NCBI GenBank assembly: GCA_033762275.1
Contig: JANRLU010000092.1
Location: 32,479-96,478 of the forward strand
Source: Thermonemataceae bacterium
GTDB lineage: Bacteria; Bacteroidota; Bacteroidia; Cytophagales; Thermonemataceae
DNA: 64,000 bases
Reading direction: 5' to 3'
The notes under the pieces were generated by a model. It searched no databases. It was not told the DNA's origin and worked only from the letters and a program-made list of their open reading frames with translations. A program made the translations under genes and the position numbers. Below are positions 1-9,002 of this stretch, in pieces. The number at the start of each line of letters is the position of its first letter. Position 1 is the stretch's first letter.

Positions 1-50
1 CCTTGCAAAAAGGAATTTTTACAAGGATTTTTTTATCAAGACTTTTCTGT

Positions 51-515
51 TTAGTTGGCAGGTACAAAAGGAAGTTTGATTTCTTCTTTCCCCATTTTGT
101 TTTTGAGTACCAATTTACTTTTACTCAACTCCTCTATATCCATATCTTCTTTTTTGCCACCTTCTTCTTCCAAAGTTAATTTCTTACCATCTTCACTGAT
201 AGTCCATTTACCTTTTTTAGTTTCACTTTGCCCCATTGCAGTCATACTCATTTCTGCTGTGCCATCAGCCTTAAACTCAAAAGTAACGCTACCCATCATG
301 CCTTTAAGCATACCTAAGCCTTGTTCCATATTTTTGGCTTCCTCAGGTTTATCTTTTTTCATTTTTTCAATTTCTTCTTTCATTAGCTTTTCAAAAGCAT
401 CTGCATCAACCTTCCATTTTTTGGTAATCATTTCTTTAGGGCTACCACCTTTACAAGCAGCCATCAATACCACTAAGGCGAAGAAAAGAATTTGGGATAA
501 TCTTACTGATTTCAT
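51..515 (-). CDS. small Lys/Glu-rich lipoprotein, function unknown
   Basis: 154-aa ORF with a signal peptide ending in lipobox-like LMAAC. The opposite-strand ORF 55-525 is a low-complexity shadow. Confidence 0.7.
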   Translation of the reverse strand: MKSVRLSQILFFALVVLMAACKGGSPKEMITKKWKVDADAFEKLMKEEIEKMKKDKPEEAKNMEQGLGMLKGMMGSVTFEFKADGTAEMSMTAMGQSETKKGKWTISEDGKKLTLEEEGGKKEDMDIEELSKSKLVLKNKMGKEEIKLPFVPAN

Positions 516-598
516 AAATTTTTGATTTTATAGATTGTGATTTTTTTCGTAAATTAGGTACAAAAAAAATTAAAAACCTATTATTTCTTGGAAAAAAT

Positions 599-628
599 TT
601 GTATAAAAGTCTGAAATCTGTATTTTTG
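599..628 (+). promoter_or_regulatory. Bacteroidota sigma-A type promoter (TTG-N19-TAttTTTG) for the 654 gene
   Basis: TTG at 599-601, exactly 19 nt spacer, TATTTTTG at 621-628, 25 nt before the ATG at 654. Matches the known -33 TTG / -7 TAnnTTTG consensus. Confidence 0.4.
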
Positions 629-653
629 AAAGTATTTAGATTTTTAAGCTATT

Positions 654-1073
654 ATGTCGCATTTAGATTATATTCGTACCGTAGAAGAAGCCTTTCGTTT
701 GTTGGGTGTAGACCCCAAAGATGCACAATCGCCCATACAAGGAGCTTGGATATTGCAACGTGGCTCCGCAAAAATCAGGGTGATGCTCAACTCTACTCCA
801 ACTACTGATGGCGAAGAACTTACCCTTTCTATGATGGTCTATATTATGCCTATCCCTAGAAAAAAGCAAAAAGAATTTTTCCGCAAACTTTTAGAAATGA
901 ATAGCTCCTTTGTAAATGAGCGTTTTGAAATTTTTGATAGCGAAATATATATGACGGCTTCGAGGTACTTAGACGGTTTAGATGCCCAAGAAGTAGTAGA
1001 TATAATGCTGGAAATCAGCGAAACAGCCGATTATTTTGACGATAGACTTCTCAAAGAATTTCCCTTAGACTAA
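654..1073 (+). CDS. YbjN-like (T3SS-chaperone-like fold) protein
   Basis: 139 aa, no signal peptide. Overall pattern (central NS.F.N.RF segment, acidic C-terminus) resembles YbjN-domain proteins. Family call is from memory only. Confidence 0.5.
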   Translation: MSHLDYIRTVEEAFRLLGVDPKDAQSPIQGAWILQRGSAKIRVMLNSTPTTDGEELTLSMMVYIMPIPRKKQKEFFRKLLEMNSSFVNERFEIFDSEIYMTASRYLDGLDAQEVVDIMLEISETADYFDDRLLKEFPLD

Positions 1074-1079
1074 CGAAGT

Positions 1080-1994
1080 ATGCTTTTATTTTCTACACAA
1101 TCTTATACTTATCTTAAAGAAGAATTGCTTGGCTTGGGCGGCTTCGAAAATGGTGAGGTTGAAGTAAAAGTTTTCCCTGATGGAGAGCGTTACCAGCGTA
1201 TTCTATCTGAGGTTGAGGAAAAGAAAATAATACTTCTGGGCGGAACTCCCAGCGATAGCGATACCTTAGAATTGTATGATTTAGCCTCTGCTATTAGTAA
1301 ATATGGTGCAAAAACGCTCACGATTGTAATTCCTTACTTCGGTTACTCTACCATGGAGAGAGCCGTAAAAAAAGGAGAGGTAGTTACCGCCAAAACCAGA
1401 GCCCGCCTGCTTTCCTCTATCCCAAAAACAGGGAGTAGAATCAGCTTTATTCTAATGGATTTACATACAGAAGGGCTATCCCATTACTTTGAGGGTGATG
1501 TACAAGCTCAGCATTTATATTGCAAAACTGTCATCAGCAATATTTGCGAAGAAATAGCAGGAAAAGACTTTATTTTAGCTTGCACAGATGCAGGCAGAGC
1601 AAAATGGGTAGAATCTTTGGCAAATGATATGCACGTAAACGCTGCTTTTGTATTCAAAAGGCGACTTAGTGGCGAAGAAACCCAAGTAACGGGCATCAGT
1701 GCTGATGTGAAAGGTAAAACCGTCATTATTTATGATGATATGATAAGAACTGGCGGCTCACTGATAAGTGCTGCCAAATCTTACCGAGAGGCTGGTGCTC
1801 AAAAAATTTTCGCTATTACCACACACGGTTTATTTAGCAATAATGCTCTCAAGAAATTGGAAGACGCCCAAATTTTTGAAAAAATCTACGCTACCAATAC
1901 CCACCCAAACACACAACTATACCTTCAAAATTCGTTTTTAGGGGTAAAATCCGTTGCTGAAATTATACATAAAAAAATATTTGAAAATGAATAG
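1080..1994 (+). CDS. prs: ribose-phosphate pyrophosphokinase family protein (divergent)
   Basis: 304 aa with the PRPP-binding loop VIIYDDMIRTGGSL and the PYFGY motif. The segment after PYFGY reads STMERA instead of the canonical ARQDRR. Confidence 0.8.
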   Translation: MLLFSTQSYTYLKEELLGLGGFENGEVEVKVFPDGERYQRILSEVEEKKIILLGGTPSDSDTLELYDLASAISKYGAKTLTIVIPYFGYSTMERAVKKGEVVTAKTRARLLSSIPKTGSRISFILMDLHTEGLSHYFEGDVQAQHLYCKTVISNICEEIAGKDFILACTDAGRAKWVESLANDMHVNAAFVFKRRLSGEETQVTGISADVKGKTVIIYDDMIRTGGSLISAAKSYREAGAQKIFAITTHGLFSNNALKKLEDAQIFEKIYATNTHPNTQLYLQNSFLGVKSVAEIIHKKIFENE

Positions 1995-2778
1995 CTTAGA
2001 AGCTAAATTAGAGGCTTTTGCAAGATTGCTAAAAATTATGGACGAACTCCGAGAGCAATGCCCTTGGGATAAAAAACAAGATTTTCAGAGCCTCCGACAC
2101 CTCAGCATAGAAGAAGTTTATGAGCTTTCCGAAGCTATTTTGCAAGAAGACAGCCAAGAAATAAAAAAAGAACTGGGTGATGTACTCCTGCATATTGTAT
2201 TTTACGCTCGCATCGCCTCCGAAACGCAGACTTTTGACATTGCTGATGTTATCAACCAACTCTGTGAAAAACTCATTCGTAGGCATCCGCATATTTATGG
2301 CGATATCCAAGCCGATACCGAAGAGCAAGTAAAACAAAATTGGGAGCAAATAAAACAACAAGAAAGCAAAGGCGAAAAATCTGTTTTGGCGGGTGTACCT
2401 ACCAGCCTGCCCGCTCTCCTCAAAGCAATGCGTATGCAAGAAAAAGCACGAGCAGTAGGTTTTGATTGGGAAGAGAAAGCACAAGTTTGGGCAAAAGTAG
2501 TTGAAGAAATGCAAGAATTCGAAGCAGAATTTAACGCAGAACAAGCCTTTGATGCCAACAAAGCAGAACAAGAATTTGGTGATTTACTTTTTTCTTTAGT
2601 CAATTACGCTCGTTTTGTGGGTATCAATCCAGAAACAGCTTTAGAGAGAACTAATCAAAAATTTTCTAAACGTTTTCAGTATTTGGAGAAAAAAGCCAAA
2701 GAGTTGCAAAAAAGCCTCTCAGAAATGAGTCTCGCCGAAATGGATATATTTTGGAATGAAGCCAAAAACTTAGCCTAA
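1987..2778 (+). CDS. mazG: nucleoside triphosphate pyrophosphohydrolase MazG
   Basis: Tandem MazG-type repeats (EELGDVLLHIVFYA and QEFGDLLFSLVNYA). I chose the ATG at 1987, which overlaps the prs stop (ATGAATAG), rather than the track start at 1954. Confidence 0.85.
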   Translation: MNSLEAKLEAFARLLKIMDELREQCPWDKKQDFQSLRHLSIEEVYELSEAILQEDSQEIKKELGDVLLHIVFYARIASETQTFDIADVINQLCEKLIRRHPHIYGDIQADTEEQVKQNWEQIKQQESKGEKSVLAGVPTSLPALLKAMRMQEKARAVGFDWEEKAQVWAKVVEEMQEFEAEFNAEQAFDANKAEQEFGDLLFSLVNYARFVGINPETALERTNQKFSKRFQYLEKKAKELQKSLSEMSLAEMDIFWNEAKNLA

Positions 2779-2831
2779 CTCCATCAATCAACAAATAAAT
2801 TCACAAGAAACTATTGGGTTCTACAGTAAAC

Positions 2832-2866
2832 AAAAAAATAGAGGCTAAAAAAGCCTCTATTTTTTA
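2832..2866. terminator. bidirectional rho-independent terminator
   Basis: Stem ATAGAGGCT / AGCCTCTAT (9 bp, 5-nt loop) flanked by an A7 run on the left and a T5 run on the right. It lies between convergent mazG and the T9SS cargo gene. Confidence 0.6.
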
Positions 2867-2888
2867 TAAATCTATTTTATGAAAAAAA

Positions 2889-5384
2889 CTATTGCTTAAT
2901 CAATTTTCTTGCTACACGCTCTCCGCCCGTTTCAAGCACCAAAATATACGTTCCTTTCTCTACTTTGGTCAAATCAATCATACTTGAGCCTGTAAATTGA
3001 GCTATTTTTTGGGATTTAACAACTCTACCAGCCATATCATACACCACAAAATCAGCAGAAGTATATTTAGCCCCTTTGATTTGTAGTTTGAAGCTACCCG
3101 TACTTGGGTTAGGAACTACTTGCAAATCACCTTCCTCCAAATTATTATCCAAAGCCGAAACTACCCCACCCGCAGATACTACAAAACGATAAGAGGGTGC
3201 ATTAGCAGCATTCGAGGTTATAGTAAGTGTGTCTAATTTGCTTCCATTTGCAGGATTAAAGTCTATGGTGAAATCAGCTGTACCAGCCGAAGCCACAGAA
3301 GTAGGCACGCCACTTGCACTAAAAGCACTACCCTCAGAGAAACTAACCCCTGTTACTCCTAAAGCCTCGTTACCACCATTAGAAATCGTGAAAACAGCAG
3401 AAGGATTCCCTGAAGTGGCTACTCCCATAAAAGTACCATCTGTACTAGTAGAAAGATATTTGCCATTAGGGATATTTACACCCAAACCAGACACCGCAAT
3501 CGTAGGAGCAGTTGCTGTTCCTGTTACTGCAAAAGTGTAAGGGTTCTCATCTCCATCATTATTATTGATAGTAATTGTACTATTAAAAGTACCGAAAGTA
3601 GAAGGTGCAAAGCGTACTACAAAAGTAGTGTTTGATGCCCCACCTACCGTAGAAGCAGGTGCTGTTTGAATTACAAAATTAGTATTTGAAGATGTTACAG
3701 AAGATATTGTTAAATCTACTGTACCAGTATTTCCTATTGTAAAAGTCTGGTCTAAGAAAGGTGTACTTGCTACAGAGATTGTGCCAAAGTCTGTACCGTT
3801 CACTGTAGAGGTTGCTGTTGTTCCATCTGCAATTACGCTATTATCTACCCCACGCACCTCAATATCTGGAGGTATAATCACACTGATTTCATCTAAACCA
3901 ATATCATCATTTCCATAATCTGAAGTTGCTCGGAAGCGTATCACAGCAGTAGCCGAATTGCTACTAATAGTTGCACTTACAGTTTGCCAAGATGAATTAG
4001 TAGTAAGTGAAGCCGGAGAAGTAGTTACTGCTGAAAAGGTATTTCCCCCATCTGTAGAAAGAAACACTTCCAGTTTATCTGTACCTGTTGGATTTCTATA
4101 AGAAAAACTCAGTTGCTTATCATTGGTAGAGGAACTCAAATCTATATACAAATCTAAACTACCTTGCAAACCAGAATTAGCACCGTAAGTGTGAAAACGA
4201 GCTGAATGCGTAGTGCTATTAGCTCCTGTAGGTGTGTATGCTCCACTAGTAGTAAAAGACCAAGCTGCCGTATTTTGTCCATCATCTCTACGCCAAGAGT
4301 TGTTGCCTTGTGCAGGGCTATTTACCCAATATTGGTTAGGTCTATCTAAAGTAGAAGGAGAAGTTACACAAGGAGAAGTAGTCCAGTCAGCTTCAAAAGT
4401 TTCTGTGAAAGGTAAAGTAGCGTAAGTAGGTACTCCTACAGGTGTAAAAGAGTTAGGCGTGGAAGTAGCAGAAAGACCAGAGTTGGTACAAGTAACCACA
4501 CATTGATAGAAAGTAGCAGTTGATGGCGTCCCTACAGAAACGCTTGAGGAAACTGCTCCTGAAATATTATTAAAAGGACCACTTGCAGAAGGTCCGCTCT
4601 GCCATTGAAAGGTTAAGTTTGAAGCAAAAGGAGGTGTTACACTCAAAGCAACTGTACCACCCAAACAAGCAGAGGTAGGCGTTACAGTGGTTGCTCCACC
4701 ACCACCCAAAACTGGTGTACCACTACAAGCAGGTGCTACAAAAGTGAGTTGTACTTGTGGTTTATTCGCCCCATTTGTACCACCAGTAGTTGTAGGGCAC
4801 TGATTCGCACTCCCACTAGTAACACTTCTCAGAGAATTTGTTGCACCCGCATATTGTCTGATAACCCCCGTAGAATTAAATCCTGTAAGAACTTCGTGAC
4901 AAAACTCTACTACAATATTACTTGTACCATCCCAAGCAAAAGGTGTGGTAAATGTAAAAGTTTTCCAGTTATTGAGAGTAGCTCCCGTACCTGAAGGGGT
5001 GCTTGTGTATACTGTGGTAAAGCCTGTGGTTTCAAAAGCCGAGAATGAAGAAGTAGAACTATTCTTCATTTTTATAGTAAAGTTAGGCAGCGTTCCATTG
5101 ATATCTGTAGTTACATACAAAGCAAGTGCATTGATATTAGATGCTACAGAAACACCCGCAGCATTGATTTCAGCTGCTGTATAAATGACTTGTGTTTTTC
5201 TGCTTTCCCAGAACCTATTATACACTGCTGCTGTCCCAGCCCCCCCTGATGCTGAGCTTGTGCTTGTACCCGTTCCTAACTGCACGGTTATTTGTGCAAA
5301 AAGGCTGCTGTTGCTTGTTAGTAATAGAAAAACAAGCCCCAGCAAAGTTATAGCTGTTTTCTTTTTTAGATAATTGTGTAACAT
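2889..5384 (-). CDS. large secreted Thr/Ser/Gly-rich surface protein with T9SS C-terminal sorting domain
   Basis: 831 aa with a signal peptide (LLTSNSSLFAQ). The last ~80 aa (VVPNPSTGSFKLQIKG...YILVLETGGERVARKLIKQ) look like a type A Por secretion tail. Confidence 0.85.
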   Translation of the reverse strand: MLHNYLKKKTAITLLGLVFLLLTSNSSLFAQITVQLGTGTSTSSASGGAGTAAVYNRFWESRKTQVIYTAAEINAAGVSVASNINALALYVTTDINGTLPNFTIKMKNSSTSSFSAFETTGFTTVYTSTPSGTGATLNNWKTFTFTTPFAWDGTSNIVVEFCHEVLTGFNSTGVIRQYAGATNSLRSVTSGSANQCPTTTGGTNGANKPQVQLTFVAPACSGTPVLGGGGATTVTPTSACLGGTVALSVTPPFASNLTFQWQSGPSASGPFNNISGAVSSSVSVGTPSTATFYQCVVTCTNSGLSATSTPNSFTPVGVPTYATLPFTETFEADWTTSPCVTSPSTLDRPNQYWVNSPAQGNNSWRRDDGQNTAAWSFTTSGAYTPTGANSTTHSARFHTYGANSGLQGSLDLYIDLSSSTNDKQLSFSYRNPTGTDKLEVFLSTDGGNTFSAVTTSPASLTTNSSWQTVSATISSNSATAVIRFRATSDYGNDDIGLDEISVIIPPDIEVRGVDNSVIADGTTATSTVNGTDFGTISVASTPFLDQTFTIGNTGTVDLTISSVTSSNTNFVIQTAPASTVGGASNTTFVVRFAPSTFGTFNSTITINNNDGDENPYTFAVTGTATAPTIAVSGLGVNIPNGKYLSTSTDGTFMGVATSGNPSAVFTISNGGNEALGVTGVSFSEGSAFSASGVPTSVASAGTADFTIDFNPANGSKLDTLTITSNAANAPSYRFVVSAGGVVSALDNNLEEGDLQVVPNPSTGSFKLQIKGAKYTSADFVVYDMAGRVVKSQKIAQFTGSSMIDLTKVEKGTYILVLETGGERVARKLIKQ

Positions 5385-5551
5385 ACGATAAAATTTATGG
5401 TTTGTGAATAAAACGTTACGAAAAGGTAAATGTTTTTTGAATTTTAAAAGTAAAAATAAAAATAAGTTTTCGCAAGAAAAATCAGAAAAAAATTTGCAAA
5501 AGCTATCATTTTTACAATTTTTGTAAAAGTTTTTCAGTAAACAAATCTATT

Positions 5552-6361
5552 ATGTACCAGTCTATTATCATAGAAATTAAGCAGTCTGTTGCTCACATTC
5601 GTTTTAATCGCCCCGAAAAAGCCAATGCTTTTGATGCTCACTTTTGGGAAGAGTTCCCACTCGCCCTCCAACAACTCAGCCAAGAGCCAAGCGTTCGCTG
5701 TATTATGCTTTCAGGTGAAGGTAAAAACTTTTCTTCAGGCATAGATTTATCAATGCTGATGGGCTTAAAACAAGAAATTGGCGATATAGAAATAGGCAGA
5801 GCCAGTGAAAAAGTGTATCATTTTATCAAAAAACTGCAAGCAAGCATCAATGCTGTAGAGCAGTGCCCCAAACCCGTAATTGCCTGCATACACGGAGCTT
5901 GCGTAGGGGCAGGCGTAGATTTGGCGAGTGCCTGCGATTTACGTTACGCTTCAGCAGAAGCTTATTTTAGCGTAAAAGAAGTAGATATGGGTATTATCGC
6001 CGATTTAGGTACACTACAAAGATTACCCAAGATTATTCCAGCAGGCATAGCTGCCGAACTTAGCTACACTGCCCGCCCAATGAACGCCCAAGAAGCTGAA
6101 AAATATGGTTTGGTCAATCGTGTTTTTGAAAATAAAGAAAATCTCCTTAGCGAAGTACAAAAAATAGCCGAAGCCATCAGCGAAAAGTCCCCTTTGGTAG
6201 TGAGAGGTATCAAAAAAACACTCTTATATAGCCAAAACCATCACACCAACGAGGGATTAGAATTTATTGCTAATTGGAACGCCTCACAATTAATGAGCAA
6301 AGATGTAGAAACTGCTCTTATGGCATTTTTACAAAAACAAAAAGCTACATTCCCCGACTAA
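5552..6361 (+). CDS. enoyl-CoA hydratase/isomerase (crotonase) family, dienoyl-CoA isomerase-like
   Basis: 269 aa with a crotonase-fold pattern (RPEKANAF, FSSGIDL, IHGACVGAGVDLASACD). Confidence 0.85.
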   Translation: MYQSIIIEIKQSVAHIRFNRPEKANAFDAHFWEEFPLALQQLSQEPSVRCIMLSGEGKNFSSGIDLSMLMGLKQEIGDIEIGRASEKVYHFIKKLQASINAVEQCPKPVIACIHGACVGAGVDLASACDLRYASAEAYFSVKEVDMGIIADLGTLQRLPKIIPAGIAAELSYTARPMNAQEAEKYGLVNRVFENKENLLSEVQKIAEAISEKSPLVVRGIKKTLLYSQNHHTNEGLEFIANWNASQLMSKDVETALMAFLQKQKATFPD

Positions 6362-7881
6362 AAAAACAAACTCGCACTTAACATTCCCGTAATTTGTCGG
6401 TTCTTACTACTCACCGAATAATAATAGTCTGAATTAGGAAGTGTATAGGGCGTATAGGTAGTTGCTGAGGGGGTATAGGTCATGGAGAAATCTAAAGAAA
6501 AAGATTTGTTCAAAAACAAGCCTAATCCCCCAGAATAAGCCCAAATTTCACGTTTAGCCCCATCAAAGTTATCTTTAAAAGCACTTTGATAATAGGCTGT
6601 ACCTGCCCTCAACCTGAAAGAATTGATGCGAATCTCTGCACCACCTCTAAAATTGAAGGCGGAAGTGTATAAAGCCCCAATGGCTTTTTTATCCGCATCT
6701 AAAGTAGCATCTTCAGCACTCAAGGACATTCCAGCATAATCTACCCATTCTGCTTCGGCAGTAATAAATCCGTATTTTTTAATAAAAATAGCCAAGCCAG
6801 TGTTAATTCTTAAAGGAGAACTATACGTAAAATTAAACTCTGAGGGGATTGTAGCGTTGCTTACAGGCGAAAATCCTACCGAAGTAGCTGTCATTGTATT
6901 TTCATCTTTCTCTTGCAAAGCATAAAAAGTTGGTGTTGCAATAGAAGCACCTATCCGTACTGCATTTATAGGGCGATAAATCAAGCCAAAGTTAAAATTT
7001 ACGCCTCCACCTGTCGTCGTACGATTATTTTGTAGGCTAAACTCTTGGAGTTCGCCGTCAGCGGCTTGTTTACTAAGATTTTCTTGATAAGTACTGCTCA
7101 ATTTGTATCTTAATGTAGCTATACCCATTCCAAAGCCAAAGAATAGTTTATCTGCATAATTACCACCATAGGAAATATGAAAAGTTGTTTCGCCCCCTTT
7201 CACTTTCATAGTTTCTCTCTGTCTGATAGGAGCTACCAGATTATCATTTATGTCTCTAAATTCCGTGTAATAAGCGGTGCTATCATCAGTATAAGGATTG
7301 ATTACGTAATTGGCATAAGCCAAGGAAGCTAAATCTAAGATTTCGCCTGTGGCAGCTTCATTCTCAAGGATATTGGCATCTATACCATCAGCAAGTAGCG
7401 TAAATCGGTCGGCAAGCGTACTACGTAGATTCAAACCCTCATAACTTAATTCCCTTTGGTAATTATTGGTACGCATCACAGAAACTGCCACACTCCCACC
7501 TTTATACTCACCTGCATTACCTTCACTAATCGGTATGGCAAAGCCTATATTATTGAATTTTAGATAACTATACCCATTATTGGTATCTGTATCAATATAA
7601 TTTGCTTGAGATTGAAGATTACTGAAAGCCAAGCCCATATTGAACTGCCCTCTTTTGAGCAGTCCTAAGCCTGCTGGGTTAGATGCCGTTGCATACACAT
7701 CTGCCCCAATAGCCACATTAGCCCCTGCCAAAGCTTGTACCCTTGCCGAGCCCATCGGGCTGGTAGGTTGAGCAAAAATAAGAGCATCTTGGTAATACCC
7801 AATGGCATCGTTAGGAACTTGTTGGGCAAAAATATTGATACAAAAACTAACAGAAAAGGCAAGAGTGAGTATTTTTTTCAT
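6358..7881 (-). CDS. outer-membrane beta-barrel protein, FadL/TodX-like
   Basis: 507 aa with a signal peptide (NIFAQQ), an NPAGLG motif near the N-terminus, alternating beta-strand pattern and a C-terminal aromatic (..SLFF). Confidence 0.65.
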   Translation of the reverse strand: MKKILTLAFSVSFCINIFAQQVPNDAIGYYQDALIFAQPTSPMGSARVQALAGANVAIGADVYATASNPAGLGLLKRGQFNMGLAFSNLQSQANYIDTDTNNGYSYLKFNNIGFAIPISEGNAGEYKGGSVAVSVMRTNNYQRELSYEGLNLRSTLADRFTLLADGIDANILENEAATGEILDLASLAYANYVINPYTDDSTAYYTEFRDINDNLVAPIRQRETMKVKGGETTFHISYGGNYADKLFFGFGMGIATLRYKLSSTYQENLSKQAADGELQEFSLQNNRTTTGGGVNFNFGLIYRPINAVRIGASIATPTFYALQEKDENTMTATSVGFSPVSNATIPSEFNFTYSSPLRINTGLAIFIKKYGFITAEAEWVDYAGMSLSAEDATLDADKKAIGALYTSAFNFRGGAEIRINSFRLRAGTAYYQSAFKDNFDGAKREIWAYSGGLGLFLNKSFSLDFSMTYTPSATTYTPYTLPNSDYYYSVSSKNRQITGMLSASLFF

Positions 7882-7981
7882 TGTGTATTTTTATTTATCT
7901 CTGATGAACTTGTGCAAACTTTGTGCTAAAATAAATAAAATACCTTTTTCCAACGAAAAATGTTTTAAATTTAGATGTTCC

Positions 7982-8836
7982 CTATACCGTATCCATAAAA
8001 GTTTTTTCTACTTTATGAAATAAAGCAACCCCGACCAAAAAAATCACAGAACTAATACCCAAACTATACAAAAGCATTGAAGGTTCAAAAACACCTTTAC
8101 CAAAAAATGCGTAGCGAAATCCCTCTATGACAGTAAAAATAGGGTTAAGCAAAATAAACATTCGTTTTTCCTCGCTGATATAAGATAAAGGGTGAATAAC
8201 CCCAGAAACGTACATTAAAAGTTGTACCCCAAACCCCACTGCGTAGCTCAAATCTCTGTATTTGGTGGTAAGCGAAGATACAATAATGCCCAAGCCCAAG
8301 CCCAATAAAGCCATATTGAAAGCAAAAATAGGTACAGCCAAAATCCACCAATTAGGGGCGAACGTTATATCTTGCGTAAATAAATATATCAAATACGCTA
8401 TCAAAAATAAGCCAAACTGAATAGAAAAAGCCATAAAGCCAGAAATCACATTCGCTACAGGCACCGTGAGGCGAGGGAAATATACTTTCCCAAAAACAGA
8501 GGCATTACTCACAAATACATTGGAAGTACTATTGATAGAATTGGCAAAATAGTTCCAGATAGTTACACTGCAAAGGTAGAACAAAAAATGTGGAACACCA
8601 TCAGTGCTGATTTTCGCTATACTTCCAAAAACAACAGAAAACACAAAGGTAGTAAATAAAGGCTGAATGATATGCCATAAAGGTCCTAAAATAGTTTGTT
8701 TGTAGACTGCCACAAAGTCCCGATATACAAAAAGCCCCACCAAATCTCTATAACGCCAGATTTCATTCAAACGAATATCAAACCACTTATTTTTAGGACT
8801 AATTTCTTCCGTCCAATCTTGTTCGTTTTGTATCAT
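7982..8836 (-). CDS. ABC-2 type polysaccharide/teichoic-acid-type export permease (Wzm/TagG-like)
   Basis: 284 aa, about 6 TM helices, with the N-terminal motif YRDLVGLFVYRDFVAVYKQTILGPLW typical of ABC-2 permeases. Confidence 0.8.
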   Translation of the reverse strand: MIQNEQDWTEEISPKNKWFDIRLNEIWRYRDLVGLFVYRDFVAVYKQTILGPLWHIIQPLFTTFVFSVVFGSIAKISTDGVPHFLFYLCSVTIWNYFANSINSTSNVFVSNASVFGKVYFPRLTVPVANVISGFMAFSIQFGLFLIAYLIYLFTQDITFAPNWWILAVPIFAFNMALLGLGLGIIVSSLTTKYRDLSYAVGFGVQLLMYVSGVIHPLSYISEEKRMFILLNPIFTVIEGFRYAFFGKGVFEPSMLLYSLGISSVIFLVGVALFHKVEKTFMDTV

Positions 8837-9002
8837 AAAAGATAATTTTGCTGCAAAAGTAAAAATTTTAAGCTATTTGTAAAGAAGTATTTGCTATTAA
8901 AACTTTCAGTAAAATTTTAAAATAAAATTTTTTTAAGAAAATCTGTGATTTTTTTAAGAAAAAAAGGATATTTGCAGATATATTTTTTAACACAAAAAAT
9001 CT

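Noticed and set aside
1-26. Weak hairpin CCTTG..CAAGG at the window edge, considered as a terminator for the 51-515 gene
   Set aside because: The stem is only 5 bp and the flanking context is cut off by the window edge.
55-525. 156-aa plus-strand ORF opposite the 51-515 lipoprotein gene
   Set aside because: It is a low-complexity Ser/Leu/Phe-rich mirror ORF. The minus-strand ORF has a proper lipoprotein signal peptide and a sensible composition.
1954-1986. N-terminal extension of mazG in the ORF track
   Set aside because: The extension lies wholly inside prs. The ATG at 1987 gives a classic stop/start overlap and a normal MazG N-terminus.
2029-2603. 180-aa and 102-aa minus-strand ORFs inside mazG
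   Set aside because: They are shadow ORFs with Phe/Cys-rich nonsense composition. The plus frame carries clear MazG motifs.
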